A DNA stretch of 57,046 nucleotides, counting the filler, from Sphacelaria rigidula (Eukaryota): assembly GCA_964200075.2 (NCBI GenBank). It is 6 parts of 6 records of this genome, joined end to end, with 100 filler letters (N's around TTAATTAATTAA, not from the genome) between each part and the next. Parts side by side here need not be neighbours in the genome. Positions count along the whole stretch, not along the records: positions 28,575 to 37,998 come from CAXNAA020008534.1; positions 38,099 to 47,522 come from CAXNAA020008535.1; positions 47,623 to 57,046 come from CAXNAA020008536.1; 3 more parts are not named here. One strand, given 5' to 3'. Below the pieces are notes generated by a model. The model searched no databases. It was not told where the DNA came from and saw nothing but the letters and a program-made list of their open reading frames with translations. Both the position numbers and the translations under genes were made by a program. The stretch's first letter is position 1, and every line of letters starts with the position of its first letter. Positions 35,545 to 47,774 of the stretch are shown here, piece by piece.

Positions 35545-35935
35545 CTAACCTTGTGACTCTAGAGGGACAGCTATGCGTGAAAATATACTAGGCATAACAG
35601 GGAAAGCGCCACATGACAACACACACCACCTCGGGGGGAGGGGGGAGTTGGAGTCAGCAGTTGGTAGGAAAATAATACAAGGGGAGCTGATAGGGGTCCT
35701 GCCACTTCCGTCATTTTCAGTTCGGTAAAAGCTGGTTACGCATTTTTCCATGTCCTCTCTCCTCTCCTCATAGCTCCCGTTTAATCGCACGTAGTCGGCT
35801 GGTCTCTTCCTCGCTCCTGTGCCAAGAGGTCGTGAACCTCTCCGCTCCCTGCAGCTCCCCCGCTTGCCATAGTATCCCCCCTTCCCTTTCCGCTGGTGAG
35901 GGTCAGAGGGCACATTCAACTCCGAATATCTGTCG
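35545..35935 (-). mobile_element. Probable LINE 3' remnant (ORF2 C-terminus and 3' UTR)
   Basis: The minus frame IFGVECAL*...EREGGILWQAGELQGAERFTTSWHRSEEETSRLRAIKR resembles the C-terminal W...GAERFM..WH..E...R segment I recall from brown-algal LINEs. Confidence 0.5.
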
Positions 35936-37549
35936 GTTGAGAGATAGTTCTATAAAATAAGGTTGTACGATGAAATGAGGTTCAAGCCCAAAACAGTGAC
36001 TCCCTCACAATTTCAGCGATGGTGCCCAATGACGTTCTTGTCGGCCTAATGCCCCTCGATCGTGTAGATACTTCTTTAGCGCTGTAAGCTCACCAAATCG
36101 GTAAAATGCGCTGAAGAGATATCTACGCGACTGAGGGACATTAGAGCAAACGCTGCCTCTATTACGGAACAGTACCAATCAAGGAACACTTGTTTTTAAT
36201 CGTTCATAACTCCGCGAGATGTTAATCGTTCTCCATTCTGTTTCTTGCTGCGTGTGCACAAGAGCACGACTCTTCTTTTAATCTACTTCACGTGCCTTTT
36301 GCTGATAAACGCCATCCTACAGCACTGCGAACAAGCGCGTGTGTATGTTCTTCTCAAAAATCAGCTTTTTGGTCGATCGGCTGCGAACCATGCATATAGT
36401 AAGGGTGGACCCAGAACGTGCAGCAGAGGCCGTAGAAGCGGTCCCCAGCGATTGCATGACCTTCCATACTGCTGCAAAACCTTATTCGACATCTCCGTTG
36501 GTTCGCTGCAGAAGCATGTCAGTGATGGGGTGGGCATAGCTGGCAGGGTTGGCCCGGGTACTGTACTGTCGACGGAGTAAGAAAATTCCATCGAAGATAT
36601 GCTGAAATTTGCCGCAGCTCGTCAACGGGCCTGAATAGAAATGGTCTGAAACAGGCCGTTATGGCCCTCTGCCGCGACAACCGGCCGGTGCCATTGGACC
36701 CGACAGTAGGCTCAGGTCGAAATGGCTCGACTTGTTCCTTCGGGGGCACCCGCGGCTAGGTGGGCGCAGTAGCCGCGTCTATAAGGCCGACAGGGTAGTG
36801 CGGCCGACGAAGAAAATCGCATGCCGAAGTTTTATGTGGCCTGTGAGGACTACGTGGACAAGGAGAAGCCAGCAAACCGACCACAGATGAAACACTGACG
36901 AGACAGGTGTTTTGCAGTCTGTCAAGAGCCGCTCCGTTTATGTGATACAACGCATGTGCCTAGAGCTAGAGCCAGACGCTGTTGCTGTGAAGTGGTGTTT
37001 GTCTGCTCTCGATTATGCTGCGTTTGAAACGGTATTGTTTTCGCCGCATTCTTCGCTGACAAAGCACTTGGTGTTTTCCTGCTCCTTGCTATCTGGGCGT
37101 ATTCTGTTGATTGCACCTACTCTTTATAAAGGTACTGCCTCTACTGTCTGTAGAGGAGTTGCAAGTACCTGGGTTCGAGGTGGTGCCAGTACTGTGCATA
37201 CGACCCGATACTCGACGTACTACTCTGTGCCGTGCCCCCCCCACCCCGCCTACCCCCGCCACGCTCGTCGATATCTTCGCCGTAGGTGTTACTCCGCAAA
37301 GGACCAGGGCGCGGAAGATCATCGCCGAGAAAGATTTGACGAAGTTTTTGCTGCTTGGTTTGCTCCGTTTCGTGCTCGCTGCTGTCTGCGAGCTGCGTCT
37401 GCCGTTCTTGTAGTCATTGTCGATTTCGGTGAAACATTTGTGTGTGTGGGGGGGGGGAGGGAAGCAAACGTGTTTCATTGTAACTCAGTCACATCCGTCG
37501 AACACCAACTTTTAACACGGACAACTACAAATTGGGGAGGGCTCTGTTA

Positions 37550-37914
37550 TTGGGGATGAGAAACCCGGAGAATTAAAAAATCGTATCCGCACGAAACCTT
37601 CGAAATATCGTTCAATTTTTTCACCTACTGATAGCTATGGACAACTGCTACACGCCATGGAAATTTGGATTTCCGAAATGTCGGGGTCCTCGGTGAAAAA
37701 CCGAATTGGGGGAAATTCGCGTGTCCGAACGGAAGCCAAAATGGTTCCGAAATTAGTTTTTCACCGAGGACCCCAACATTTCGGTGATCGAAATCCAAAT
37801 TTCCATGGCGTGTAGCAGATGTCGAAAGCTTTCAGTAGGTAAAGAAATGGAACCATATTTCTAACGTTTGGTGTGGATACGAAGATTTTATTTCTCCGGG
37901 TTTCTCATCCCCAA
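37550..37914. mobile_element. ~365-bp palindromic MITE flanked by TA
   Basis: Termini TA|TTGGGGATGAGAAACCCGGAGAA and TTCTCCGGGTTTCTCATCCCCAA|TA. An inner pair is CTGCTACACGCCATGGAAATTTGGATTTC/GAAATCCAAATTTCCATGGCGTGTAGCAG. Confidence 0.85.
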
Positions 37915-37929
37915 TAAAATAATGAGCCG

Positions 37930-37998
37930 GTCGCCCCGGTGGCTCAGGTGGTAACGTCGTAACCTCCTGATGGTTGAGTTGTGGGGTTCGATTCCCGG
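37930..37998 (+). mobile_element. tRNA-derived SINE head cut by the contig end
   Basis: GTCGCCCCGGTGGCTCAGGTGG...GATGGTTGAGTTGTGGGGTTCGATTCCCGG is highly similar to the head at 427-492 (minus). Confidence 0.75.
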
Positions 37999-38098
37999 NN
38001 NNNNNNNNNNNNNNNNNNNNNNNNNNNNNNNNNNNNNNNNNNTTAATTAATTAANNNNNNNNNNNNNNNNNNNNNNNNNNNNNNNNNNNNNNNNNNNN
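37999..38098. other. Artificial contig linker
   Basis: N-run-TTAATTAATTAA-N-run, 100 bp. Confidence 0.97.
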
Positions 38099-38430
38099 AG
38101 CCGGGACGGAGCACGCCGGGTTTTCCCGGACCAGGCTTGCACTCAAACCTCCAAGCGCGAAGCGCCGTGGTGTGTTCGGGGAGTCGCATGAAGGGGGGGG
38201 GGGGGGGACGAGCGTAGACCAGCCGGAAATTTCGTCCGGTGCATATTCTCGGGTTCACCAAGCTATGAAGATATCAGCACGCAGCACAGCACAGCACAGT
38301 CGTAGAGTGCAGGACAGCTTGTCCATTGTATCGACGACACCGCCGTCAATCGTTTGCTAGAGGGATAAGCATGCATGTGAAAGACTCGGTATTTCCCTTG
38401 ATATGAGTCGATTGATGGAAGACGACCTAC

Positions 38431-38523
38431 ATTGAAGTGCCGCCGTTAACGTTGGCAAAAGCCCCGCCACTGTGCCCGTCGAAGCTGAAGCCGATGTTGC
38501 TGAAGAGGGAATCACCCGCAATC
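38431..38523 (-). CDS. Adhesin-like/polymorphic-membrane-protein-like gene, exon E
   Basis: TGTCAG|G ATT...TCA AT|GTAGGT; 93 nt, phase 2-2; IAGDSLFSNIGFSFDGHSGGAFANVNGGTS, containing FxN and GGAF motifs. Confidence 0.85.
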
Positions 38524-38861
38524 CTGACAAGAGAAAGGGACAAGTGGTCACACAACAAAAAGGAAAACGAAGTATCTTCATCAAGAGAGAGAAGTTTAAC
38601 AAGGGGTAAAAACTGAACAACAAATTTACCTGGGTGTTGTATGTAATCATACTGTGTAAGTATCGAATGTGTCCCAAAACATAGTATGTCTACACGTAGA
38701 GAATGGTTTGTTAGTAGTGCTGGATGCGTATTTTTGCACGGACGGCAGAACCGAACTGTACGTCGATGTAGTACAGACGAATATAAATATTTCCGAACCC
38801 TCGTGTATTCCGATCTGCACTGAGCAGAGCACCCTGGTTGGTGTACACTAAAATTCTGTAC

Positions 38862-38930
38862 CTGACACTCCCTCCGTCGTTGTGGATGCCCTTGTATATG
38901 ACGTTTTCTATTGTCAGGTCCCCACCGAAG
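38862..38930 (-). CDS. Adhesin-like gene, exon D
   Basis: TGCAG|C TTC...GTC AG|GTACAG; 69 nt, phase 2-2; FGGDLTIENVIYKGIHNDGGSV. Confidence 0.85.
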
Positions 38931-39399
38931 CTGCACCATGACCCCCCCCCCCCCCCCCCCCCCAAGAAAAAATAGTGAAACAAAAACAAAGGACAAACGG
39001 CACGAAACAAACATAGAACAGACGCAGACAACACGTTAGTTAGTCAGGTGTGGGCACGATGGATGAATTCCCTCTTTAAAGGAAGAGCGAGCGGAATGCT
39101 CATGGGCGAGACGGTATGCTACGCTCGACGCGCGAAGGTAGATGCGCACAGGCTGGAGGGATCCCAAGCGTCCCATCTCTTGTGCAACAAGCACCTGCGT
39201 CAAGATTGCAAATGAAGCATATATGGACGCCACTAACGTCTTTTGCACATTCACCGACCATTCGTCGTTTCTCCGCGGATCTTTGAAGATGTTATTGTAA
39301 GCTGGTGGTTGTTGGGTGCTAGTGCGAATGCAGCGTTCCTGGCCTCGTGCTAATTCGGTGGTGAACGCGCAGTACGGCTTACTGTATCATTAGGGAGTG

Positions 39400-39590
39400 T
39401 CGGAAAGCGCTTTCTTGTCATGTCAGAGTGCAAATATCTCAGGATCAGAATGTAACGAAAAATATTTCTTCCTCCGTCAAATGTGGTATCCCCTTGATTG
39501 TTTTTCGATGAGGTGTTTATTTTTATTCTGCACTCTGACCCTGAGATATTTGCACTCTGAAATCACAAAATTAGAGACGAAAAGCTCTAT
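39400..39590. mobile_element. Small intronic MITE (second copy inverted at 46445-46650)
   Basis: Inverted pair TCAGAGTGCAAATATCTCAGG/CCTGAGATATTTGCACTCTGA. The core ATGTGGTATCCCCTT is mirrored by AAGGGGATACCACAT at ~46541. Confidence 0.75.
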
Positions 39591-40209
39591 TTATCAGTCT
39601 CATGATCATCGCCTGGTCAAGTTTAGTTCAGCAGGCTACAGCGATATTTAAGTTAGAATATATCGTAATAATAATATCGATTTACGCATACACAATGCCG
39701 ACTGCTTCCGTCATTTCACCTTGGGCACGTCTATCTTGCAACCGTGGATGTATTCGGCACGGGCCGGTTAATGTGATGTAATCAATCGATCAATCAGTTT
39801 ATTGATCATCGATTGAACCCTATGATTTCGCCATCCATCACATGCTACCTCTGGCTCTTGCAACTATTGTCAGATCACTAGTTTACACGCCAATCAATCA
39901 TCCGGTCGAATCAACAACTATATCAACCGGATCAAAAACACGAGAAAATAACTCTCGCTTTATTTGTCCAAAACTGCAAGCGAAATTGTGAGCATCGTCG
40001 TCTTTTCAAACGTAATCAGAATCTTCAACTCATTTTCTGAATCTAGTGTACTTATACCCTGTGCCACGTTATGCATATATATTTATATACGGCTCAAAAA
40101 CGTTGTTTAATGCGCGTCAACAACCGGCACAATATATACAAGTCAACAATAATTCTGCCCGATGGTATCGTCGTAGCGGATTACAACCCAAGACTTGGGA
40201 TGGCCTCAC

Positions 40210-40278
40210 ATGAGCGTGCCCAGATTGTCCCTGAAGACGTTCGTGCCTACGTCGTGGAGGTGCGCGTTCCCCCGAAAT
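40210..40278 (-). CDS. Adhesin-like gene, exon C
   Basis: CACAG|A TTT...CTC AT|GTGAGG; 69 nt, phase 2-2; FRGNAHLHDVGTNVFRDNLGTL. Confidence 0.85.
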
Positions 40279-41789
40279 CTGTGGTGAAGGAAGGAATGAA
40301 AACAAAGAGGAAATACGTGAAAAAAACACGCGGCGGGGTTTCATACGTGCTCTGTGGATGCTTAAAATGGACTTGCAATGCTGGTTACTCGGAGGTTCCG
40401 GGCCGTGGCTGCATTGTGGACCCTGGAAACGTTCTTTGAGAATTTTCTCTGAGATCGTGGTGTATGAAGGAACCTTGTTGACGTGGGTGCTCTGGGGTAG
40501 GCTCGCTGTGTGGGATAATGCTGTGGCTCATGTATTTGAGAGGGCACAGGGGGGCGGGGTTTTTATTTTTTGCTCGCCTTAGCCGTTAGACCGTTGACCA
40601 CGCATCCTTTTCGAGGCGGAACACCATTCCTACTCCTAATAGCGACACCTTTGATCTTTCGAGATCATTACGTTTCTTCCATACACTGCACCAGGACCTT
40701 TCATATAGCGCATCCCCATCCTGTTTCGCCGTCTGTGGCCACCATCTATTTCCCATTATATAGCGACATTTTGTTCGCTGCAGTCTATGTATCGAACGCA
40801 TTCGTGCCACCGTTGTTTCCTCTCCACATTTCCCCCTCTAACACGTCCCTTTTCTTCCTGTATAGTTCCCATTCAGCCACTATATGAGTTCGGGGGGGGG
40901 AGGAGGGGGGGAGGGGGAGGCGAAGTGATGTACGGCGAACGCAATCTCTCTTCGTGGAGTGAAGTCATAAGATACAAGCCGACAGGCTGACAGCAGAACG
41001 ATGACTAATGGTGTATTACTTAACCGAAGAAAGAGCATTTTCCCCCCTCTGTCTTGAAAAAAGATGCTACTTCCATAGTAGCATTCATCGAGATGATTCG
41101 ACGATCGTGGACGAAGGATTGCGAGAATGCCGATGACACCATACTGATGTTGTAACAGTAAAAAGGGAAAACGAGCACTCCACAAATGAGGACATGCATA
41201 GCTGATCCGCTGAGACTATGGACTCCCCCCGAGGGCGAACGGGGGGCGGGGGGGGAGGGGGGGGGTGCTCATTTGTTTCTTGCCTTCGTCGTGTAACTAT
41301 TGACTACACATCGATTTCGAGACGGAGCACCGTTCCTAATCGTAATAGAGACACCTCCGACATTTGGGCGCTAATAACGTTTTTCTACATACACTACACA
41401 GTCTCTTACATGGCTCACCCATGTCCGCTTCGCCGTCTGTGGCCACTTTGTATAGCCATCATTTTCTCGCTACGGTGTAATGTATCAAACGACTCATGCC
41501 ACCTCCGTTTACTTCCCGCATTTCCCCGCCATTTTCCTCTGATCCCAGTTTCTCACATCTCTTTCCACAGCTCATTTCTCCATACTGTGCCATAGGTCGT
41601 TTCGTACGCCCGGAAAAAAAGGGGACACTGTCAGCCCGGCGTCTTCCCTGCCTCGAATACTCTTACCTGGTGTATGCGCATGGTGTGAGCGACTACGGTT
41701 TGGTCTAAAGCTCGCTGACGTTTCTTCCTTCTCTAGCCCACCCTGTCGCTGAGAATTTCACAGGATATTTTCCGTGCGGTGCTCAGGAG

Positions 41790-42520
41790 CGGTATCTCTT
41801 TGCTTTTGAGTTTAACTGCACACTCCTTAACTTCCTCTCTTGTGAACTCTCTCTGCAAGTCTTTGGAACCACTATCTTCCCGCTTTGGTGCCTCTACATT
41901 TGCCTTTGCCCAAGCGTTGATTTCTTTCTCGAATTCCATGTCGAACTTCTTGTTAGTTTTTGGTGTCCCTAGTTGTCGATAGTGCTCTACTAGGATTTCT
42001 CTTTCCCCCCACCAAAATACTAACCAGTTGATCGTTTTGTGTCCTTAGTGTGGCTATCCCTGAGTTTATCTCCCCTGCCTGGTTTCCCAATATCCCACCA
42101 TAGTTTTATTCGATATCCATCTTGCGTGGGCCTCTCGCCAAACTCCTACAGAGTCTCTTTTGCTTCCTCATCCCGCGATTTTACTGCTCCGTTACATACC
42201 ATCAGTTTCTTCCCCTTTACTTTACTTGCTGTGATCTTGACCAAATGCTCCTATCCTTTTGCACTCGTCGCTCCTGCCCGACCGATCCCTTCCCAGTGAG
42301 GTATTAGCTGTACCTACGCTTTCCAACAACTCGGAAAGGTTCACTGAATTTTGGTAATTTATTTTCGGAGCTCTTGCTGTTTTTCTTTTATTTCTACAGT
42401 AGTTCATTTATTCTTTATTTCCTATCCCGCCTATTTCTCACTGTTCTCGTCTGTGGGCTGTCTTTCCATATTACTAGGTAATGATCTGTAGTTCTTACGT
42501 CCTCTGTACATACATGTACT
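41790..42520 (-). mobile_element. Intronic LINE ORF2 fragment (endonuclease-RT linker), decayed
   Basis: ...TDHYLV... then ILVEHYRQLGTPKTNKKFDMEFEKEINAWAKANVE...LQREFTREEVKECAVKLK, the typical sequence just upstream of non-LTR RT domain 0. Confidence 0.75.
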
Positions 42521-42662
42521 TCCATTTCCTAACTTGGGTGAACGAGGAGAAGTGGGCTGGAGGTTGGGGGGGGGAGGGGTGCGGGAGATGCACGTGAAAA
42601 GACCGAAGAATCAAAGGCGTTTCTCCTACGGCACGTCCGACAAACGCTATTGTAGTACTTAC

Positions 42663-42793
42663 TCCATAGATCCTTCGTTGTAGAAGACACTGCGCATGTT
42701 GTTGAGAACCGTGCCTTCCATTTCTCCAGTGAAATCCGCCGATCCTTGCGGGTATACTTGCAGCATGAAGCCTCCATAGTCATCCTCCTTTTC
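42663..42793 (-). CDS. Adhesin-like gene, exon B
   Basis: TAATAG|GAA...ATG GA|GTAAGT; 131 nt, phase 0-2; EKEDDYGGFMLQVYPQGSADFTGEMEGTVLNNMRSVFYNEGSM. Confidence 0.85.
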
Positions 42794-45130
42794 CTATTAC
42801 AACATACGGGGTATTGCAGGCGCACACACACACACTGTGAACAGGAGTTCGCGGAAACGACCGGGTTCATATGCGCACATGCGTAAACCTCCGAAGAAAA
42901 TTACACACAGGTACAACACGTGAAGAAGTCTTTCAAAACGAGTGAAGGAACATCAACAACAAGCTCAACCAATTGAGTTATTGCCGTGGTATAGGGGCGC
43001 TCGAGTCCCGACCCTAGCCTCGGAATGGGAGAGGAAAAGGGTAGAGAGATTCGTCCCCTTATTTTTTTGTCCGCGTAACGTTTCTTAGGCACTTCGAAGT
43101 ATATCAAACGGGCACGAGGGAAGATTGGATAAGACAACACTTTATATTTTCTTGTCGTACATTTTCGAGTAATACTTTAACCCCCCCTCCCCCGCGCCCT
43201 CCCCTGCTGATCCGGCGAAAACCCGGCGTGCTCCGTCCCGGCTTTGTAGGGGTGCGAGGTCAATGGTCATATGACTAGGGCATGCAGGATCATGAGTACC
43301 GTGTCTCCCCCCGGGACAAGGTCTTGAAAGGTGAAAACATTCACCGACGTTTATCTCCGAGTTGTGGGCGCCTCCAGCGAAACGTTTGGACCCAAGTACC
43401 GAAATGTGAGATGGTGCAAACGACATCCTCCCTAGAACGAATATTCCAGCACTACCGTAGCGGTCGGCTGTTGATGGACAAGAGTTTCGTGCGTTGTGAT
43501 ATTTACGCCGGTACACAATGGTTGTGGCACACCGCGCTTGAATATCGCAGCTGTATGCAAACATCGCTGAATCCTTTGAGAGATCGCAGGTAGAATAAGA
43601 ATAGGCACCTTACTGAGTGATTGCCTTGAAAGTAGAATAACGCCGGGTCAACGCCAGGCGGTTTGTTGTATATATGCTTGACCGCAAAACAGTATACAAC
43701 TGGTGAGCCGCGTTTAGCTTGAGATTTTCTCGCACCGTCTCCTGCACGTGCACATTTTTCCATTGCATATAGCTCACAGGTCACAACTCTATAGAATCTC
43801 TCGCGCACCCTTCGAGTGGTGACATATCTTTGGGGTCGGATGGCAAGTCTGTAGGAGCCCCTGCGTCGCACTCTATCGCCGTCGCTTGTATTTCAATAGT
43901 TTTTCAGTAGAGATTAATCAAAACACTTCTTCCAGCGTCCGACACCTCTGCTGCACATCCAGCTGTCTCCTGCTTCGGTGACTGGGCTCAGGAACAAAAC
44001 CTTGTCAGTGAGTTTTGAGTGTATTTTATACCTTCGATTTGACCCTGGTACAACATGTTTCTGAGCATTGTTAGATAACACTCCCAGCGCCTAACTCGCA
44101 TGCTTGCAGCAGTAAAGGCTTTGATCCTGGGAAGATATCACTCCTCTGCCTTTGAACAGAAAGAGTGACAGCCTTCTCCACATTACAAGATTCAGAGGGG
44201 CACCGAATGATACTCTAGTAAGCCAAATGGTGCGAATGTTTAGTCCTTACAATGCCGCCGTGCCCCGATGCGGTCTAATCGTACAACCTTACACCAGTAA
44301 GGTGGGGTAAACGCGGGCTCGGTTGCCGTGAAAAACAGGTTTTGTGTAGCGAGGATACAGCTGTTCTGAGACCCAAGTGTGACATAATCCATTTTAGTCC
44401 ATCTGAGGGGAGTTCGTACTTCAACGGTTACACGCCGTGTCGTTTAATCCCATGACGCATGGAAATATCTTCAATCTAGGGTTATTGAAGACCTCAAACG
44501 ATGCATACAAGGGATGGCGACAAATTTTGGCGTGAATCCCCCCTGAAGCACGGGGAAACTACCGATATCCTCACCTTCACGTCATTCGTCATCTATCTAC
44601 AGAGATATGATGCACACCTATTCTTCTATAGTAAACTCAATGCATTACGATCAGAGGCACTCAAAGCACTCTATTTTTATTTCGCATATCAGCTTCAACG
44701 TTGTGCTTAAAAATTTGGTTTGGAGTACCACAAGGGAAAGTATAAACAAGAGCTGAGGATCTTGAGTTTTCTTTCATAACTCAGGGACGCTTTGGCGAAA
44801 AAACCATTGATTATTGTTTTTTATCCTTAACTCATAGCACACAAAATCCAGATTTCTCAGCTCGAATTTAAGAGTTGTACCTCGAACCTTTCTATGGACA
44901 ATGCCGAGGCCAACACTAACACATCAAGTGAAGGGTCATAAGTGTTGGTCATGCGTGAACGGCGTTCTCGTCAAAAATGGTCCGTGTTACACTATGACGC
45001 CCTCAAGTCACGAGAAAGAATTCAATATCCCGCAGCTTTTTGAAATCTTGTGTCCCTGTGGTTTTCCGCATAAACGTTCAAAATACAAGTCTCAAGACCG
45101 AGCTGCTAAAGAGCATACAACATACACCTA

Positions 45131-45566
45131 AGAGCCTGGACCATTTTTGAGGTTCAACATTTCAATGAGTTTCAACTCGAAAACAGTGCTTTCCCTGACC
45201 TAAAGTCATGACCAATGAATATCATATAGACGACCTCATGCCCCCCGACCTCCTTAAAACTATTTTCGGGGGTTGCTCGTGTTCCGTGCCGCCCAAGTGT
45301 ATATGCGAAAGCACCAAGTTCGGGCTAAAAACGTCCCCTTTTTCGCCCCGATATCGAGGCGAAAAGGTGCTTTCGCACATACGCTTTGGGGGCACGGNNN
45401 NNNNNNNCACGGAAGACGGGCAACCCCCGAAAATAGTTTTAAGGAGGTCGGAGGGCATGAGGTCGTCCATGTAAAATTCATTGGTCATGACATTAGGTCA
45501 GGGAAAGCACTGTTTTCGAGTTGAAACTCATTGAAATGTTGAACCTCGAAAACGGATCCAGGCTGT
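45131..45566. mobile_element. ~435-bp palindromic MITE (family A), TA-flanked, intronic
   Basis: TA|AGAGCCTGGA...TCCAGGCTGT|TA with long near-perfect arms (GAGGTTCAACATTTCAATGAGTTTCAACTCGAAAACAGTGCTTTCCCTGACCTAA and its reverse complement). It contains a 10-N gap at 45398-45407. Confidence 0.88.
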
Positions 45567-46222
45567 TACCTCCACTTGTAGGCCGGCCCAGCCTGTAAAC
45601 CCGGAGCTCTCGCCTCAATCATGAGAGTTGGAGTTTACTTGATGGTATGGAAAAAATTACGGGGGCATGACAAAACAAAATGACTGTGAGATCTTGAGCT
45701 CATGTTATTTTCCTGAAATAGGGATGTTTCGCGAAAACTGGATCCTTTTGTTTTGCCCTGCACTCACGAAAGCGGAATCTCAAGATCCCACATGATGTTC
45801 TCCAATATGTCCTAGCAGTAGCACTTCTCCATACTTGATTTTAAATCGCAACTCTCGAAATTGAGGTGAGAATTTTCCTCCGACCTACAGCTCCACCTCT
45901 AGGTTGACTTGGCTCGTACAAGATTTGGTTCCTACATGAGCTACTGTAACTCTAGAGTTATACTCATGGCTCGAAACTCACAACGCTGATCCGATTGGTA
46001 CATAGACGTGCCCGAAACACAATCGGGAAACATTAACACTCGGTAGTGTAAACTCGACAAGGTGTGCATGTATAATTCCACGATTCTGCTCGTGGCTCGG
46101 AGCTCACACAGTACGTTTTGTTTCCCCTTGACAAGCTGCCCTCCCCTGACCCCCCCCTCTCGTACGCGCGCATACCGACTGTCTCGCTAACCCCTCCCTG
46201 GTTACGACGGATTTTCACTCAC

Positions 46223-46310
46223 GAAGCCTTCGTTGGGACCGAACTCTGTCTTGGCGAAGTCGAAGATAATACCCGCGCCGTCCACAACAGTGAACCTCAT
46301 GTTGGTGAAC
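46223..46310 (-). CDS. Adhesin-like gene, exon A (most 5' exon found)
   Basis: TTTTAG|G TTC...GGC TTC|GTGAGT; 88 nt, phase 2-0; FTNMRFTVVDGAGIIFDFAKTEFGPNEGF; splices in frame to exon B. Confidence 0.85.
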
Positions 46311-46444
46311 CTAAAATGCCGCGCGCATGCACACGAGACGCGGTAGACGCACGAGTGATTATCGTGATTCTTATTTCGGGAGTGTTGCAGTGTACATTAA
46401 TATTGTCGGTGTATAGCACATATCTTACTTCTTGTGACGATTAT

Positions 46445-46650
46445 CGAGCGTTTCGGAAAACGCATTTTTGTCATTTCGGATTGAAAATATCTTAGGATCA
46501 GAGTGCAGAATAACAAAAAATACTCCATCGAAAAGAATGGAAGGGGATACCACATTCGACGGAAGGGAAAATATTTTCCGTTACACTCTGATCTTGAGAT
46601 ATTTGCACTCTAAAATGGCAAAAAAGAGTTTTCCGAAACTCTCTCTATTG
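46445..46650. mobile_element. Small MITE, inverted copy of 39400-39590
   Basis: AAATATCTTAGGATCAGAGTG and CACTCTGATCTTGAGATATTTGCACTCT form an inverted pair, and the core is shared with the 39400 copy. Confidence 0.7.
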
Positions 46651-47522
46651 ATCTCGTGAGATTGGGAGTAGAGCATTGATTGGGAGTAGGTTTTATCATT
46701 CGCCTAACTTGATCAATTTTTTATTATTTGTGTTTTTCTTTGCCTGCAACACTGGCGTGTGCTTACAGCTACACGTCAATATCCTACTGATGGATACCAA
46801 GGGCTTCAGTATCAAGCTAGTACAGAAAACGCGGATCGGGCCGAGTGAAGTCTCATTACGCATTGTTTCGTGTAGTATGTGGTGCAGTACAGCCGAGTGC
46901 AGCACGGCGTGGTGAACGAGACACACGTCTTCGACCTCGTCCAAGGTTTTGACAGAGGGAGAAAAAATCGATGATTATTCACGATCGACTGTCCTATGAA
47001 AGCGTTACCTTGCCCCAAGCATCTGGCGAAGATGTAATGTCTTTTCAAATCAGCGACATCCAGAGATGGCCGTGACTACTTCGTGACTACAGGGTCCTTA
47101 TACACATCTCGACCTACTTACCCCGATTAAGGAAGAGAGTACGCCAAAGTACTGGGAAAGAAAGGTCTAAAAAATGTGAGGGATTAGCAGAAATGCTTCA
47201 AGAACTTGTTCAAACAGACAAAACAAGTCTTTCTGGGGAGATTAATGGCTTGGGCACCCAACACAAGCAAGTGAAGTGTGAAACAAATATTGGGAAAGTC
47301 TCATCGATAGCAGAGAAAAAGGCAACCTGTGCAATTTTTTCGTCACAAGAACTCTCGAAGACGTTTATGAGGTGATCTGGATAGCACCCCCATACATGGA
47401 GGACATCACAAGTAGGGTCTGTAAAGGGCCCATCAACGTTTCATGCATGTATATACACACACGTAAATATCCCTCAAGGATGCACAAAAAAGGGCGGTTG
47501 CGGACGTGGAAAGAAGGGGGGG

Positions 47523-47622
47523 NNNNNNNNNNNNNNNNNNNNNNNNNNNNNNNNNNNNNNNNNNNNTTAATTAATTAANNNNNNNNNNNNNNNNNNNNNN
47601 NNNNNNNNNNNNNNNNNNNNNN
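47523..47622. other. Artificial contig linker
   Basis: N-run-TTAATTAATTAA-N-run, 100 bp. Confidence 0.97.
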
Positions 47623-47774
47623 CCCCCCCCCCCCCCCGCCACCCTGTCGGGCATGATCGAGGGTTTGTTCCTCGTGCTGGCGCAGCCTGAGGAGGGGTGG
47701 GGGCTCAGCGCAAGACATGGAATCCGTGCGCTGCCACCTTTTTCCCTGTGGTGTAGAGAAACAAGAGTGCTCAC

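Noticed and set aside
39100-39280. piggyBac-like C-terminal Cys-rich domain (ECAK...ICFICN...CC) on the minus strand
   Set aside because: Too short and degenerate, with no associated catalytic domain.
42889-43015. Extra exon of the adhesin gene (LVELVVDVPSLVLKDF)
   Set aside because: There is an in-frame stop and no phase-compatible donor, and exon A (46223-46310) already splices cleanly to exon B.
43900-44250. Mutator transposase motif IFPGSKP(F)YCCKH on the minus strand
   Set aside because: It requires a frameshift and is a single motif among many stops.
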